Below are positions 9,210 through 19,358 of a DNA stretch of 47,723 nt, in pieces. The notes beneath the pieces are model-generated. The model was given only the letters and a program-made list of their open reading frames with translations. It did no database searches and was not told where the DNA came from. The position numbers and the translations under genes are program-made. This stretch comes from an uncultured Clostridia bacterium (GTDB lineage Bacteria; Bacillota; Clostridia; Christensenellales; Borkfalkiaceae): contig CAYRPB010000001.1 of NCBI GenBank assembly GCA_964426105.1, positions 1-47,723 on the forward strand, in the 5' to 3' direction. Position 1 is the stretch's first letter. Every line of letters starts with the position of its first letter.

Positions 9210-10226
9210 GTGAAAAGTTTTTATCAAATCGTCAGTTCCTCGCTGATTGTTATCGGAAGCGTAATCGGGGCGGGGTTTATTTCGGGAAGAGAAATCGTAA
9301 GTTTTTTTTCGGGAGCGATTTTAATCCCGTCCGTGTATTTAACGGGCTTGATTTTTTTCTTTGCTACGTTGATGCTCTTTCGCGTCGGCACTGTATGGGG
9401 AGATGAAACGGTCGCAAACAAGGCGATCTTCGGGCGATTTTATCCGCTTTTAGAGGGATTTATTTTACTTTCCTGTTTTATTTCCTTTGCGAGTATGTTG
9501 GCCGGACTGGATGCGCTTTCCGAAAGTTTTTTGGGAAGCGTTCCTGTTTTTTCGATCGGGGGAATGATTGCCGCTACGATTAGTTTGAAACGCGGAATCA
9601 AGGGGATCGCCGTCGTGAATTTTATTATGGTTCCTTTTATGGTCGGCGCGGTTTTATGCTTCTTGTTTCAAAAGGGCGAGTTTGTTGTTTTTTCGGCAGG
9701 AGTCAGCGGAACAAAAGATTTTAAGATTGTTCTATACGCTGCAATGAACCTTTTTTCGGCTTCGCAGGTGATTATATCGTTAGGTTCTGAAATTGATAGG
9801 AAATCTCAGATGATTTCGTCTTTGATTCTGTCTGTCGTATTGTGTTTTTTGATTTTTTTAATAGCCGCTGCGGTAGCGTTTGAAGGGGCAAATGCGGAAA
9901 ACGCCGATATGCCGCTTTTGTATTTGATAAGCGAAAATAAGTCGTTCGGAGTCGTGTTCGGCGTTATTGTTTTTTTCGGGATTTTTACGACGTTGATTAC
10001 CGCTTATTACCCTTTATATCGCTTTGCTTATGAGCGGAAAAAGAGTATCGGCGTTATCGTTGTGTGTGTGATTTCTTTTTTGTTTTCGAGAATCGGGTTG
10101 AAGACAATTGTCGATTATGTTTATCCCGTTCAGGGAATGATGGGATTGATTTATCTTGTTTTTTGCGCGGTATATATGTTTCGCGGAGAGCATGGTAAAA
10201 ATAAAACGTCGTATCGTGCCTTGTGA
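9210..10226 (+). CDS. YkvI-family-like polytopic membrane protein
   Basis: 338 aa, GTG start. The N-terminal IGSVIGAGFISGREIVSFF resembles the YkvI-type signature (GAGFATGREI). About 10 hydrophobic spans. The RBS is weak, so the start is uncertain. Confidence 0.55.
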   Translation: MKSFYQIVSSSLIVIGSVIGAGFISGREIVSFFSGAILIPSVYLTGLIFFFATLMLFRVGTVWGDETVANKAIFGRFYPLLEGFILLSCFISFASMLAGLDALSESFLGSVPVFSIGGMIAATISLKRGIKGIAVVNFIMVPFMVGAVLCFLFQKGEFVVFSAGVSGTKDFKIVLYAAMNLFSASQVIISLGSEIDRKSQMISSLILSVVLCFLIFLIAAAVAFEGANAENADMPLLYLISENKSFGVVFGVIVFFGIFTTLITAYYPLYRFAYERKKSIGVIVVCVISFLFSRIGLKTIVDYVYPVQGMMGLIYLVFCAVYMFRGEHGKNKTSYRAL

Positions 10227-10310
10227 TTTTTGAGTATATTCTTTGGCCTTTGGGGTAAAATATAAAATAAGATTAGCGTTTTCGCTGAAATTATCCGAGG
10301 AGTTGTAAAA

Positions 10311-10439
10311 ATGTCAAAGAAAAAAAAGAATAAAGTGATTCATTTGACCGAAGAAGACTATGGAAACTATATTATGGCGTTGAAAGACGAAACACCGCCG
10401 AAAGTAATCGTTGAAAAAGACAAAAAGTTAAAAAAATAG
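10311..10439 (+). CDS. Unannotated small ORF (42 aa, Lys-rich): MSKKKKNKVIHLTEEDYGNYIMALKDETPPKVIVEKDKKLKK
   Basis: Below the ORF-track length cutoff. ATG at 10311 is preceded by GAGGAG (10297-10302) at 8-nt spacing. TAG at 10437-10439 is followed 3 nt later by a strong intrinsic terminator. Confidence 0.45.
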   Translation: MSKKKKNKVIHLTEEDYGNYIMALKDETPPKVIVEKDKKLKK

Positions 10440-10441
10440 TC

Positions 10442-10469
10442 AAATCCCCGATAATTTCGGGGATTTTTT
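10442..10469 (+). terminator. Rho-independent terminator
   Basis: Stem AAATCCCCG / CGGGGATTT (9 bp, 5 of them G-C), 7-nt loop ATAATTT, and a T-run of 6. Confidence 0.7.
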
Positions 10470-10471
10470 AA

Positions 10472-10500
10472 TTGTCATTTTTTAAGAATTATAGTATACT
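10472..10500 (+). promoter_or_regulatory. Putative sigma-A promoter (TTGTCA-17 nt-TATACT)
   Basis: TTGTCA at 10472-10477, a 17-nt spacer, TATACT at 10495-10500. Lies directly after the terminator and about 45 nt upstream of the 10547 start. Confidence 0.45.
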
Positions 10501-10546
10501 ATATAAGATCTTTTAAAAATATCATTGGAGGACTTGGGAGAACTGG

Positions 10547-11683
10547 ATGGTTATCGTAAAAGAAGTATTAAACAAAAAAGACATGAGGTTATTTGCTACA
10601 TATCCTTTGAAGTTATATAAAAATTGTCCGTATTACGTACCCTCTTTGCGGTCGGACGAATTTAATACGCTGAATCCGAATAAAAATTTCAGTTTAGAGG
10701 AATGTGATTGCAAGTGTTTTCTCGCTTATCGCGACGGCGAACTTGTCGGAAGAATTGCCGGAATTATCAATCATGCGTATAACCGTATAAACAATAAAAA
10801 ATGTATTCGTTTTTCGAGATTTGACTGTATTGACGATATTGAAGTGTTTCGGGTTTTGTTGTCTGCGGTAGAACGATACGGTGCGCAAAACGGCATGGAT
10901 ACGATTCACGGACCGTGGGGATTTAACGATACGGACAGAGAGGGGTTGTTGACGTACGGATTTGATAAACGCAGTACGTATGCTACCAATTATTATTATC
11001 CGTATTTTTCTGAAAAAATGCCGCTGCTAGGGTATTCGGACGAATCAAAGTGGTTAGAACGTAGTTTTTCTATTCCCAAAGTTCCGTATGAGAGAATTAC
11101 GAGAATCAGCGAACAGTTGAAACAAAAGTTAAACATTCGCGACGTTGCGGAAACGATGACGATTAAAGAGATTGTTACGCAATATGGCGACGGTTTCTTC
11201 GATACTTTGAACGACGCGTACGGACATTTGGACGGCTATGTTCCGGTTGAGGGAAAAGCGAAAGAGAATGTATTGAAACAGTTTGCAACCATTGCCAATA
11301 CGCGGTATATTAGTTTTCTCGTAGATGAGAAAGAAGAGGTCGCCGGATTCGGTATCGTATTGCCGTCGATTTGCGACGCTTTGATTAAGCATAAGGGAAA
11401 ATTGTTCCCGACGGGATTTATCAACGTGCTGTATTCGATCAAAAAACCGAAAGAACTTGAAATGGCTTTGATCGGAATTAAATCGTCCTATAAAAATTCG
11501 GGGATCAACTCCATTATTATCAATCGGATTATGATGAATATTATGGAGGACGGAATCGAACACTTGGAATCCAATCCGATGTTGGAAACCAATCTTGCGA
11601 TTCAGCAGCAATGGAAATTTGCCGAAAATGAAATAATTAAACGGAGGCAGACTTATATCAAACCGATAGAGGTTGCCGAATAA
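10547..11683 (+). CDS. Uncharacterised GNAT-like N-acetyltransferase family protein
   Basis: 378 aa. The N-terminal pattern ([32 protein letters not shown]...[18 protein letters not shown]) matches a family I recall being annotated as GNAT/N-acetyltransferase. No substrate can be inferred. Confidence 0.5.
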   Translation: MVIVKEVLNKKDMRLFATYPLKLYKNCPYYVPSLRSDEFNTLNPNKNFSLEECDCKCFLAYRDGELVGRIAGIINHAYNRINNKKCIRFSRFDCIDDIEVFRVLLSAVERYGAQNGMDTIHGPWGFNDTDREGLLTYGFDKRSTYATNYYYPYFSEKMPLLGYSDESKWLERSFSIPKVPYERITRISEQLKQKLNIRDVAETMTIKEIVTQYGDGFFDTLNDAYGHLDGYVPVEGKAKENVLKQFATIANTRYISFLVDEKEEVAGFGIVLPSICDALIKHKGKLFPTGFINVLYSIKKPKELEMALIGIKSSYKNSGINSIIINRIMMNIMEDGIEHLESNPMLETNLAIQQQWKFAENEIIKRRQTYIKPIEVAE

Positions 11684-11694
11684 CGAGGAAAATT

Positions 11695-13086
11695 ATGAAG
11701 AGAACTTATTTGAAAGAAATCGGTTTGGATTCGCAGTCGTTCGATGGAAAAACCGTGACGGTAGCAGGTTGGGCGCGGACGATTCGGGATTCAAAGGCAT
11801 TCGGCTTTATCGAGTTGAACGACGGATCGTGTTTCAAAAACGTGCAGATCGTGTTTGACCGTTCCAAAATCGCTAATTACGACGAGATTGCAAGGCAGAA
11901 TGTCGGCGCTTCTCTCGTCGTGACGGGCAAGGTTATTTTGACGCCCGAAAACAAACAGCCTTTTGAAATCAATGCGGGCAGCATTGCGGTAGAAGGTGAG
12001 TCTACGGCAGATTATCCGTTACAGAAGAAAAGACATTCCTTAGAATTTTTAAGAGAAATAGCGCATTTAAGACCGCGCACGAATACGTTTTCCGCTGTTT
12101 TTCGGATTAGAAGCGAAGCGGCTTTTGCAATTCACGAATATTTCCATAATCAAGGTTTTGTTTACGTTCATACCCCGATCATTACGGGAAGTGATTGCGA
12201 GGGAGCGGGCGCGATGTTTCAGGTTACGACGCTTGATTTGGAGCGGATCGCTGCAAATCACGAACCCATTGATTATAAAAAGGACTTTTTTGAAAAGAAA
12301 GCGAGTTTGACCGTTTCCGGTCAACTTGACGTCGAAACGTACGCAATGGCATTTGCAAACGTTTATACGTTCGGACCGACTTTCCGTGCAGAGCGATCGA
12401 ACACTGTTCGTCACGCTGCGGAATTTTGGATGATCGAACCCGAAATCGCGTTTGCGGATCTTTCGGACGATATGGATTGCGCCGAAGGAATGGTGAAGCA
12501 TATTATCATGCACGTTATGAATACGTGTAAAGATGAACTCTCTTTTTTGAATCAATTTGTAGATTGCGGACTTTTGGATCGCTTAAACAACGTCGTCGGT
12601 AATACGTTTGTTCGGTTATCGTATACGGAAGCGATCGATATTTTGGAAAAGGTCAAAGATCGGTTTGAATTTCCCGTGTATTGGGGAGCGGATCTGCAAA
12701 GCGAGCACGAACGCTATCTGACGGAAGAGGTATTTAAAAAGCCGGTGTTCTTGACCGATTACCCCAAGGAAATCAAAGCGTTTTATATGCGCTTAAACGA
12801 CGACGGGAAGACGGTTGCCGCATCCGACTTGTTAGTGCCAGGAATCGGCGAGTTAATCGGCGGAAGTCAAAGAGAAGAGCGCATGGATATGTTGAAAGCG
12901 CGTATGAAAGAATTGAATCTCAGTGAAACGGATTATCAATTTTATCTCGATTTGCGGAAATACGGCGGCGTAAAACATGCCGGTTTCGGGTTGGGATTTG
13001 AACGTATGATTATGTACTTGACGGGAATTGCAAACATTCGTGACGTAATTCCGTTCCCACGTACGGTAGGAACTTTGGAATATTGA
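11695..13086 (+). CDS. asnS: Asparagine--tRNA ligase
   Basis: 463 aa. OB-fold N-terminus ([21 protein letters not shown]). Class II motifs: FRAE (motif 2 region), [20 protein letters not shown] (motif 3). Confidence 0.93.
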   Translation: MKRTYLKEIGLDSQSFDGKTVTVAGWARTIRDSKAFGFIELNDGSCFKNVQIVFDRSKIANYDEIARQNVGASLVVTGKVILTPENKQPFEINAGSIAVEGESTADYPLQKKRHSLEFLREIAHLRPRTNTFSAVFRIRSEAAFAIHEYFHNQGFVYVHTPIITGSDCEGAGAMFQVTTLDLERIAANHEPIDYKKDFFEKKASLTVSGQLDVETYAMAFANVYTFGPTFRAERSNTVRHAAEFWMIEPEIAFADLSDDMDCAEGMVKHIIMHVMNTCKDELSFLNQFVDCGLLDRLNNVVGNTFVRLSYTEAIDILEKVKDRFEFPVYWGADLQSEHERYLTEEVFKKPVFLTDYPKEIKAFYMRLNDDGKTVAASDLLVPGIGELIGGSQREERMDMLKARMKELNLSETDYQFYLDLRKYGGVKHAGFGLGFERMIMYLTGIANIRDVIPFPRTVGTLEY

Positions 13087-13087
13087 T

Positions 13088-14101
13088 ATGAAAATCATTG
13101 TTGATGCATTCGGCGGCGATCATGCTCCCGAAGAAATTGTAAAGGGCGGCGTAGAAGCGCTTGCGAAAAAGAAAGATTTAGAATTGATTTTCGTCGGGAA
13201 AAAGGCGGAAATAGAGAACGTCCTTTCTTCTTGTCGGTACGATGCCGATCGAATTGAAATCGTGGATGCGCCGGATGTGATTGCGTGCGAAGAAGAACCG
13301 ACGGTTGCGATCAAGCGAAAGCCGGATTCTTCTATTTGCGCAGGCTTTCGGCGATTGAAAGATGACGATTCCGTTTCCGGGTTTGTTTCGGCAGGCTCGA
13401 CGGGGGCGGTATTGGTTGGAGCAACGTTAAAACTCGGTCGTCTCAAAGGTGTTTCTCGTCCTGCCTTGTGTCCGTTTTTACCGACGGTGCAGGATTCAAA
13501 ACGCGTCTATTTGTTAGATGCAGGCGCGAATGCCGACTGCAAGCCGATCAATTTGGTGCAGTTTGCTTTAATGGGGGCTGCCTATGCGGAAGTTTTCGGC
13601 GTAAAAGAACCAAAAGTGGCGTTATTGTCCAACGGAACGGAAGATAAAAAAGGAAATGCGTTGAATCACGAAGTGTTTCCGTTATTAAAAGAGTTGCCGA
13701 TTGATTTTGTCGGCAATATGGAAGCGCGTGAAATTTTATCGGGAAACGTAGACGTCGTGGTTTCCGACGGTTTTTCCGGCAACATTGCGTTGAAGGGAAT
13801 GGAGGGCGCAATCGGAAATCTGATGTGCATTATGAAGGCTGAAATAATGTCTACGTTTAAGGGCAAACTCGGCGGTTTATTGCTGAAAGGTGCTTTTTCC
13901 GATATAAAAGACAAAATGGATTACAATCGTCAGGGGGGTGCGGTTTTTCTCGGCGTTGAAAAGGTCGTCGTAAAAGCACACGGCTCTTCCAAGAGCGACG
14001 CGATCTGCAATGCTGTTTTGCAGGCAACGGAAGCGGCGGAACGCGATATAATCGGTAAAATCAAATTAAAATTAGGGAATACGATAGGGGTTGCGGAATA
14101 G
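13088..14101 (+). CDS. plsX: Phosphate acyltransferase PlsX
   Basis: 337 aa. MKIIVDAFGGDHAP N-terminus, SAGSTGA, and the GNIALK/HGSS motifs typical of PlsX. Confidence 0.93.
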   Translation: MKIIVDAFGGDHAPEEIVKGGVEALAKKKDLELIFVGKKAEIENVLSSCRYDADRIEIVDAPDVIACEEEPTVAIKRKPDSSICAGFRRLKDDDSVSGFVSAGSTGAVLVGATLKLGRLKGVSRPALCPFLPTVQDSKRVYLLDAGANADCKPINLVQFALMGAAYAEVFGVKEPKVALLSNGTEDKKGNALNHEVFPLLKELPIDFVGNMEAREILSGNVDVVVSDGFSGNIALKGMEGAIGNLMCIMKAEIMSTFKGKLGGLLLKGAFSDIKDKMDYNRQGGAVFLGVEKVVVKAHGSSKSDAICNAVLQATEAAERDIIGKIKLKLGNTIGVAE

Positions 14102-14103
14102 TT

Positions 14104-14826
14104 ATGATTTTCGACGTCGCCGAATGTGAATTGCGATTAGGATATCGCTTTAACGATAAAATGTTGTTGCGGCAATGCTTTACGCATGCTTCGTATGCAA
14201 ATGAGAATAAGACGAAAGACAACGAGCGGTTGGAGTTTTTCGGCGATGCGATTTTGGGGTTGGTCGTCACAGAGCATTTGTTTAGGCGTAATCTTGCCGG
14301 AGAGGGAAAATTAACGCAGAAGCGTGCGGAACTCGTTTCAAAAAAGCCTTTGCAAAACGCAGTGGAAGAACTCGGATTAAGCGATCTTATTTTGTTGGGA
14401 AACGGTTTAACCATGCACTCTAATCACGAAGAGAAACTTTATTCCAGTTTATACGAAGCGGTTGTTGCAGGGATTTATTTGGACGGCGGCATGGAAGCGG
14501 CGAAAAAATTTATTTTCCGTACGTTATTACAGAAAAAAGATCGAAAGACGGAATCGAAATCGGTTAATAAAAGGAACCGAGTTGCGGAAAAAGACAATAA
14601 AAGCGCGTTTCAAGAATACGTGCAGAAATATAAACTCGGGACGATTCGTTATGTTGAACTCGAAAAGAGCGGTAGCGATCATAATCCCGTCTTTACGGTT
14701 GAAGTACGATTAGATAATCAAGCGCGTGCGGTCGGAGTCGGAAAAAGTAAAAAACAGGCAGAAGCGGACGCGGCGGGAAAAGCATTGATCCGAATCAAAA
14801 AAAAGAAATCGAATACGAGGAAATAA
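14104..14826 (+). CDS. rnc: Ribonuclease III
   Basis: 240 aa. RNase III signature NERLEFFGDAIL, then a C-terminal dsRBD (FTVEVRLDNQARAVGVGKSKKQAEADAA). Confidence 0.93.
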   Translation: MIFDVAECELRLGYRFNDKMLLRQCFTHASYANENKTKDNERLEFFGDAILGLVVTEHLFRRNLAGEGKLTQKRAELVSKKPLQNAVEELGLSDLILLGNGLTMHSNHEEKLYSSLYEAVVAGIYLDGGMEAAKKFIFRTLLQKKDRKTESKSVNKRNRVAEKDNKSAFQEYVQKYKLGTIRYVELEKSGSDHNPVFTVEVRLDNQARAVGVGKSKKQAEADAAGKALIRIKKKKSNTRK

Positions 14827-14827
14827 G

Positions 14828-17800
14828 TTGAATTTTGAAAAATTGGAACTTTACGGTTTTAAGTCGTTTGCCGATAAAGTAGAGATTAAATTTAATGACG
14901 GTATCACTGGAATCGTCGGTCCGAACGGCTGCGGTAAGTCCAACGTAGCGGATGCTATTCGGTGGGTATTGGGCGAACAGTCTGCAAAGACGTTGCGCGG
15001 ATCGAGTATGCAGGACGTTATATTTAGCGGAACACAAGCGAGAAAATCCCTCTCTTATTGCGAAGTTTCTCTTTATTTCGATAATACCAATCGAATGTTC
15101 AGTTTGGATTATAACGAAGTAATTATTACGAGAAAGTTGTTTCGGAGCGGAGAAAGCGAATATTATATCAATAAGCAGCCGTCCCGTCTGAGAGATATCG
15201 TTGATTTATTGCATGAATGCGGAATCGGTAAGGAAGGGTATTCGATTATCGGACAGGGTAAGGTCGAAGAAATCATGTCGGCAAAACCCGAAGATCGTCG
15301 CGCGATTTTTGAAGAGGCGACGGGAATTGCGAAGTTTAAGGCGAGAAAGAACGAAACGCAAAGGAAGTTGGAACGAACCAAGGAGAATTTATTCGTTTTT
15401 TCTAACGTTCTTTCCGAATTAGAGGCGCAACTTGCGCCGTTAGAAAAGCAAGCGGAAAAGACGCGTCAATTTCGCGATTTGTCCGAACAGTTGAAACATC
15501 ATGAAATCAATACGTATATCGCAAGATACGATAACGTAGCGGTGGAAAAAGAAAAGATCGACACTCGTATTCGCGGAATACAGGAAGAAGGCGTTCTTCG
15601 GCAAGAGGAATACGAGAATGCGCAGACGCGTTATGAAACGATCTTCGATCAAATTAACGGCGCAGACGCAAAGTTGAACGATCTGCATGAAAAACTTCTC
15701 GTAAAAACCGTCGATATCGAAAAGCAAGCCGGGGAAGCGAAACTTTACGGGGAAAAAATTTCTTTTTTGCGTTCGCAGATCGAACGTTTGCAATCGGAAA
15801 TCGAACAAAACGATGTGACGATTGACGGACATCGCGTCCAATTGGAAGAAAACGAACGATTAAAGGCAGACAAGCGCAAGCAAATCAATTCGTTTGTCAA
15901 GCGTTCGGGAGAGATTCGAGATTCGCTTGCAAAGGTGTTGACTGAACTTTCTGCATACGAAGGACTTGCCGAGCAGAGCAGAAAAAAGATAATCGAATCC
16001 ATCGAATCTCTGTCGGATATTAATTTGAACAAGGGGTCTCTCGGTGCCGAAAAGCAGGCTTTGGAGAGCAGAAAACGCGAGATTGAACAAGAACTTGTCT
16101 CTCTTAACGAAAAAAGAAACGTCGTTTATGGAGAAAAGGATACTCTTGATCGGAATCTCGGCGATTTGGACAGAAAGGTTTCCGATCTGAAAAATCAGAT
16201 TTTGGAACAAGAGGATATTGTTCGCAACGTCAACGAAGCGGTTGCGGATATCGATAATAAACTGTATAATCTCAATTCAAACGTTACGATGCTTGCCGCA
16301 AAGGAGAACTTTATTATCGGGATTAAGGAGTCGTACGAGGGGTATATGCCTGCCGTTAAGCGACTGTTGGTTTCGGCAAAGGAAGATAAGCGGATCGGTT
16401 CGAGAATCAAGGGCGTCGTTGCGTCTGTGATTCGTACGGAAGCGCGTTATGACGTTGCAATCGAAACGGCGTTGGGTGCTTCTCAGCAGAACGTTATTAC
16501 GGCGAATACGGACGACGCTAAATTTTTGATCGAGTATCTGAAACAGACGCATGCCGGTCGCGTAACGTTTTTACCCGTTACTTCTATGAAACCTCGCTTT
16601 GAAAACGATTCCGTGAAAGCGGCGTTGAGAGAACCGGGGGCTTTGGGGCTTGCGAATCGCCTTGTTTCGTACGATCCTTATTTTGAAAACGTGATTTCCA
16701 ATTTGTTGGGAAATACGTTGATTGTCGATCAAATTCACAATGCAACCAATATTGCCAATAAATATCGATTTGCTTTTAAGATCGTTACTTTAGAGGGGGA
16801 TGTCTTTAATCCGCAAGGCTCTATGACAGGCGGTTCTCGCCGTCAAGACGCGCCGAATCTTTTGGCGGGAGATCGTCAATTGGACGAAATCCGAGAAAAA
16901 CTGTCCGCAAAGCGGAAAGAAATGGAAAGCGTTAAAAAGGAAAAAGCCGAGGCGGAAGAAAAACGTGACGCGGCGATGAACGATTTGACGATGCTGAACG
17001 AGATGTACCAATCGCAACGACAAGAGCAATTGTTGGTTCGTGAAAAATTGAATGTTTCGGAAGCGTCTTTGATCGATTTAGGAAAAGAGATCGAGGCACG
17101 CATGGACGATTCCGACTTGTTAACGCAAAAAATCGTGCTTTTGGAGAATGAAATTCAGAAGATTTTGAGCGGTTCCGAAAAACTTGTCGAAGAGAAGGAA
17201 AGCGCGAATCAAGATGCGTTTAAGCATCAAACGGAATACGATTTATTGAGAAAACGTCAAAACGAGTTGACGGAAGAAAGTACTGCATTGCAGATTAAAA
17301 TGACTGCCGTCAATGCCGATTTGGCGGCATTGGAATCTGATAACGAATGGCGACAGTCTGAAATTACGCGGTTTTCCGAAATGAAAGAGGATTACTTAAA
17401 GAATATTTCGGATACAGAGGTGATTATCGGTCAATTGAAACGCAATGCCGAACAGGTCGCGCTTTCAAAAGAAGAGCAAGATTACGTTAACGATTTGAGG
17501 AATCAAATTTCCAATATCGAGAACGAAAAATCTGCTTTGAGAGAGGAAATGAACCGCACGGACGAGTTGCGTTCGCAGTTATCCGCTCGTATAAACGAAT
17601 TAGCGGAGAAAAAACACGCAGAAGAGATTGCTCTGACAAAAATCGATTCGGATATCGAGTACATGCAGCAGCGGATATGGGAAGAATATCAAGAAAGTTA
17701 TGAAACTGCTGTAAAATGGCGTAGCGAGGGGTATGACAGTATGGTCGGCGAGCAGGAAATTGCACGCTTAAAAAGAAAAATTAACTCGCTTGGTTCAATC

Positions 17801-18412
17801 AATCCTAATGCTATCGAGGATTGTAAGGTTTTAAAAGATCGCTATGATGAAATGGTGATTCAAAAGGAGGATCTTGAAAAGGGCGAAGCCGATCTGCAAC
17901 AGGCGATCGATACGTTAAAGGCGGAAATGTTAAACACTTTTAACGCAGGATTTAATACGATCAATGAAAATTTCAAAAAGATTTTCAAAGAACTGTTCGG
18001 CGGTGGGCGCGCGATGCTTGAACTTGACTATACGGACGTTGACGATCCGTTGGAAGCAGGGGTAGACATCATTGCCGAGCCGCCCGGGAAAAAATTGCAG
18101 AAAATTTCCCTATTGTCGGGCGGCGAGCGTGCGTTGACGGCGATTGCGATACTTTTCTCGATTTTACGTTTGCGCCCGATGCCGTTCTGCGTGTTGGACG
18201 AAATAGAGGCAGCATTGGATGAGGCGAACGTTGATCGCTTTGCGCGTTATCTGAAAAAATTCTCGCAAGATACGCAATTTATCGTCATAACGCATAGAAA
18301 ACCCACGATGGAATTGGCGGATTCTTTGTTTGGCGTGACAATGGAAGAAAAGGGCGTTTCTAAAATCGTTTCGGTAAAATTGAGTGACATTATCGATGAG
18401 GAGGCTGTATAA
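14828..18412 (+). CDS. smc: Chromosome segregation protein SMC
   Basis: 1194 aa, TTG start. Walker A GPNGCGKSN, long coiled coils, a central hinge, C-terminal signature LSGGERALTAIA, and Walker B FCVLDEIEAALD. Confidence 0.95.
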   Translation: MNFEKLELYGFKSFADKVEIKFNDGITGIVGPNGCGKSNVADAIRWVLGEQSAKTLRGSSMQDVIFSGTQARKSLSYCEVSLYFDNTNRMFSLDYNEVIITRKLFRSGESEYYINKQPSRLRDIVDLLHECGIGKEGYSIIGQGKVEEIMSAKPEDRRAIFEEATGIAKFKARKNETQRKLERTKENLFVFSNVLSELEAQLAPLEKQAEKTRQFRDLSEQLKHHEINTYIARYDNVAVEKEKIDTRIRGIQEEGVLRQEEYENAQTRYETIFDQINGADAKLNDLHEKLLVKTVDIEKQAGEAKLYGEKISFLRSQIERLQSEIEQNDVTIDGHRVQLEENERLKADKRKQINSFVKRSGEIRDSLAKVLTELSAYEGLAEQSRKKIIESIESLSDINLNKGSLGAEKQALESRKREIEQELVSLNEKRNVVYGEKDTLDRNLGDLDRKVSDLKNQILEQEDIVRNVNEAVADIDNKLYNLNSNVTMLAAKENFIIGIKESYEGYMPAVKRLLVSAKEDKRIGSRIKGVVASVIRTEARYDVAIETALGASQQNVITANTDDAKFLIEYLKQTHAGRVTFLPVTSMKPRFENDSVKAALREPGALGLANRLVSYDPYFENVISNLLGNTLIVDQIHNATNIANKYRFAFKIVTLEGDVFNPQGSMTGGSRRQDAPNLLAGDRQLDEIREKLSAKRKEMESVKKEKAEAEEKRDAAMNDLTMLNEMYQSQRQEQLLVREKLNVSEASLIDLGKEIEARMDDSDLLTQKIVLLENEIQKILSGSEKLVEEKESANQDAFKHQTEYDLLRKRQNELTEESTALQIKMTAVNADLAALESDNEWRQSEITRFSEMKEDYLKNISDTEVIIGQLKRNAEQVALSKEEQDYVNDLRNQISNIENEKSALREEMNRTDELRSQLSARINELAEKKHAEEIALTKIDSDIEYMQQRIWEEYQESYETAVKWRSEGYDSMVGEQEIARLKRKINSLGSINPNAIEDCKVLKDRYDEMVIQKEDLEKGEADLQQAIDTLKAEMLNTFNAGFNTINENFKKIFKELFGGGRAMLELDYTDVDDPLEAGVDIIAEPPGKKLQKISLLSGGERALTAIAILFSILRLRPMPFCVLDEIEAALDEANVDRFARYLKKFSQDTQFIVITHRKPTMELADSLFGVTMEEKGVSKIVSVKLSDIIDEEAV

Positions 18413-18415
18413 CGT

Positions 18416-19312
18416 ATGGGACTTTTCGGAAAATTAAAGGAAGTTTTGAAAAAAACAAAGGATAATCTCTCCAAAAAATTGGTGGAATTATTTGCAAAGA
18501 ATAAACTTGGCGATGAATTTTACGAGGAGTTGGAAGATATCTTGGTTTCTTCCGACGTCAGCGTAAAAACGGCTATGAATATTGTCGAAAATATTCGGGA
18601 CGTTGCGATAGACGAGAAATGCAAAGATAAGGATTACGTTATCGATTTGCTGAAAGAAGAACTTTACGATACGTTGACGGAAGCGGAGGAGTTGGAAATT
18701 CTTTCTCCGGCAGTAATAATGATTGTCGGTGTTAACGGCGTCGGTAAAACAACAACGATCGGAAAACTTGCAAATTATTTTGTTAAACAAGGAAAAACGG
18801 TTACGATTGCGGCAGCGGATACCTTTCGCGCAGCCGCGTCCGATCAACTTTCCGTATGGGCGGAGCGCGCTAAGGTTCGCCTCGTAAAGCATAGCGAAGG
18901 GGCTGATCCGAGTGCGGTCGTATACGATGCGATTGCCTCCGTAAAAGCCAAGAAAACGGATATTTTGATTATCGATACGGCAGGTCGACTTCACGTAAAA
19001 TCAAATTTGATGGAAGAGTTGAAAAAGATGGATCGCGTTGTAACGCGTGAATATCCAGAAGCGCATTTTTATAAATTGATTGCGTTAGATGCAACGACGG
19101 GGCAGAACGCCTATAATCAAGTTGACGTGTTTAAGGAAGACGTCGGGGTGGACGGTATCGTTTTAACGAAACTGGACGGAACGGCGAAAGGCGGTTTTGT
19201 GATTTCTCTTTGCGGAGAATTGCAAGTGCCGGTTGTGTACGTCGGTACGGGGGAAAAAATCGACGATATCGAACCGTTTGACGCCGAAGCGTTTGTGGAA
19301 GGGCTGTTTTAA
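18416..19312 (+). CDS. ftsY: Signal recognition particle receptor FtsY
   Basis: 298 aa. NG domain only: GVNGVGKTTTIGKLA (G1), DTAGRL (G3), TKLDGTAKGG (G4). Confidence 0.93.
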   Translation: MGLFGKLKEVLKKTKDNLSKKLVELFAKNKLGDEFYEELEDILVSSDVSVKTAMNIVENIRDVAIDEKCKDKDYVIDLLKEELYDTLTEAEELEILSPAVIMIVGVNGVGKTTTIGKLANYFVKQGKTVTIAAADTFRAAASDQLSVWAERAKVRLVKHSEGADPSAVVYDAIASVKAKKTDILIIDTAGRLHVKSNLMEELKKMDRVVTREYPEAHFYKLIALDATTGQNAYNQVDVFKEDVGVDGIVLTKLDGTAKGGFVISLCGELQVPVVYVGTGEKIDDIEPFDAEAFVEGLF

Positions 19313-19358
19313 GGAATGATCCTTTTTATGGCATGATGCGAGAAATAAGGAGAATCTG

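Noticed and set aside
10320-10327. Homopolymer tracts as possible phase-variation switches: A8 in the small ORF at 10320-10327 and T8 at 24039-24046 in the glnN promoter spacer.
   Set aside because: Tracts of 8 nt are short for efficient slipped-strand variation and are common in AT-rich genomes. There is no supporting evidence in a single sequence.
11684-11694. The expectation of a T-box leader upstream of asnS, a purine riboswitch upstream of guaA, or an attenuator upstream of pyrG.
   Set aside because: The upstream gaps are only 4-48 nt (11 nt for asnS, 48 nt for guaA, 4 nt for pyrG). That leaves no room for such elements, so these genes are apparently expressed as parts of larger units here.
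18488-18994. A 168-aa minus-strand ORF antisense to ftsY. Similar long antisense ORFs lie at 37714-38280, 11129-11611, 12067-12555, 34319-34804, 45284-45736, 15440-15841, 32828-33262 and 7887-8306.
   Set aside because: All lie entirely inside well-supported genes on the opposite strand. Their composition is Arg/Ser/Phe/Cys-rich and low-complexity, they lack an RBS, and they have no recognisable motifs. These are typical shadow ORFs.
19311-19327. A hairpin after ftsY (AAGGA-atga-TCCTT followed by TTT).
   Set aside because: The stem is 5 bp, mostly A-U, with a short T-run. That is too weak to call a terminator. The DUF1538 operon may therefore be co-transcribed with smc-ftsY, or it may have a promoter I cannot see.
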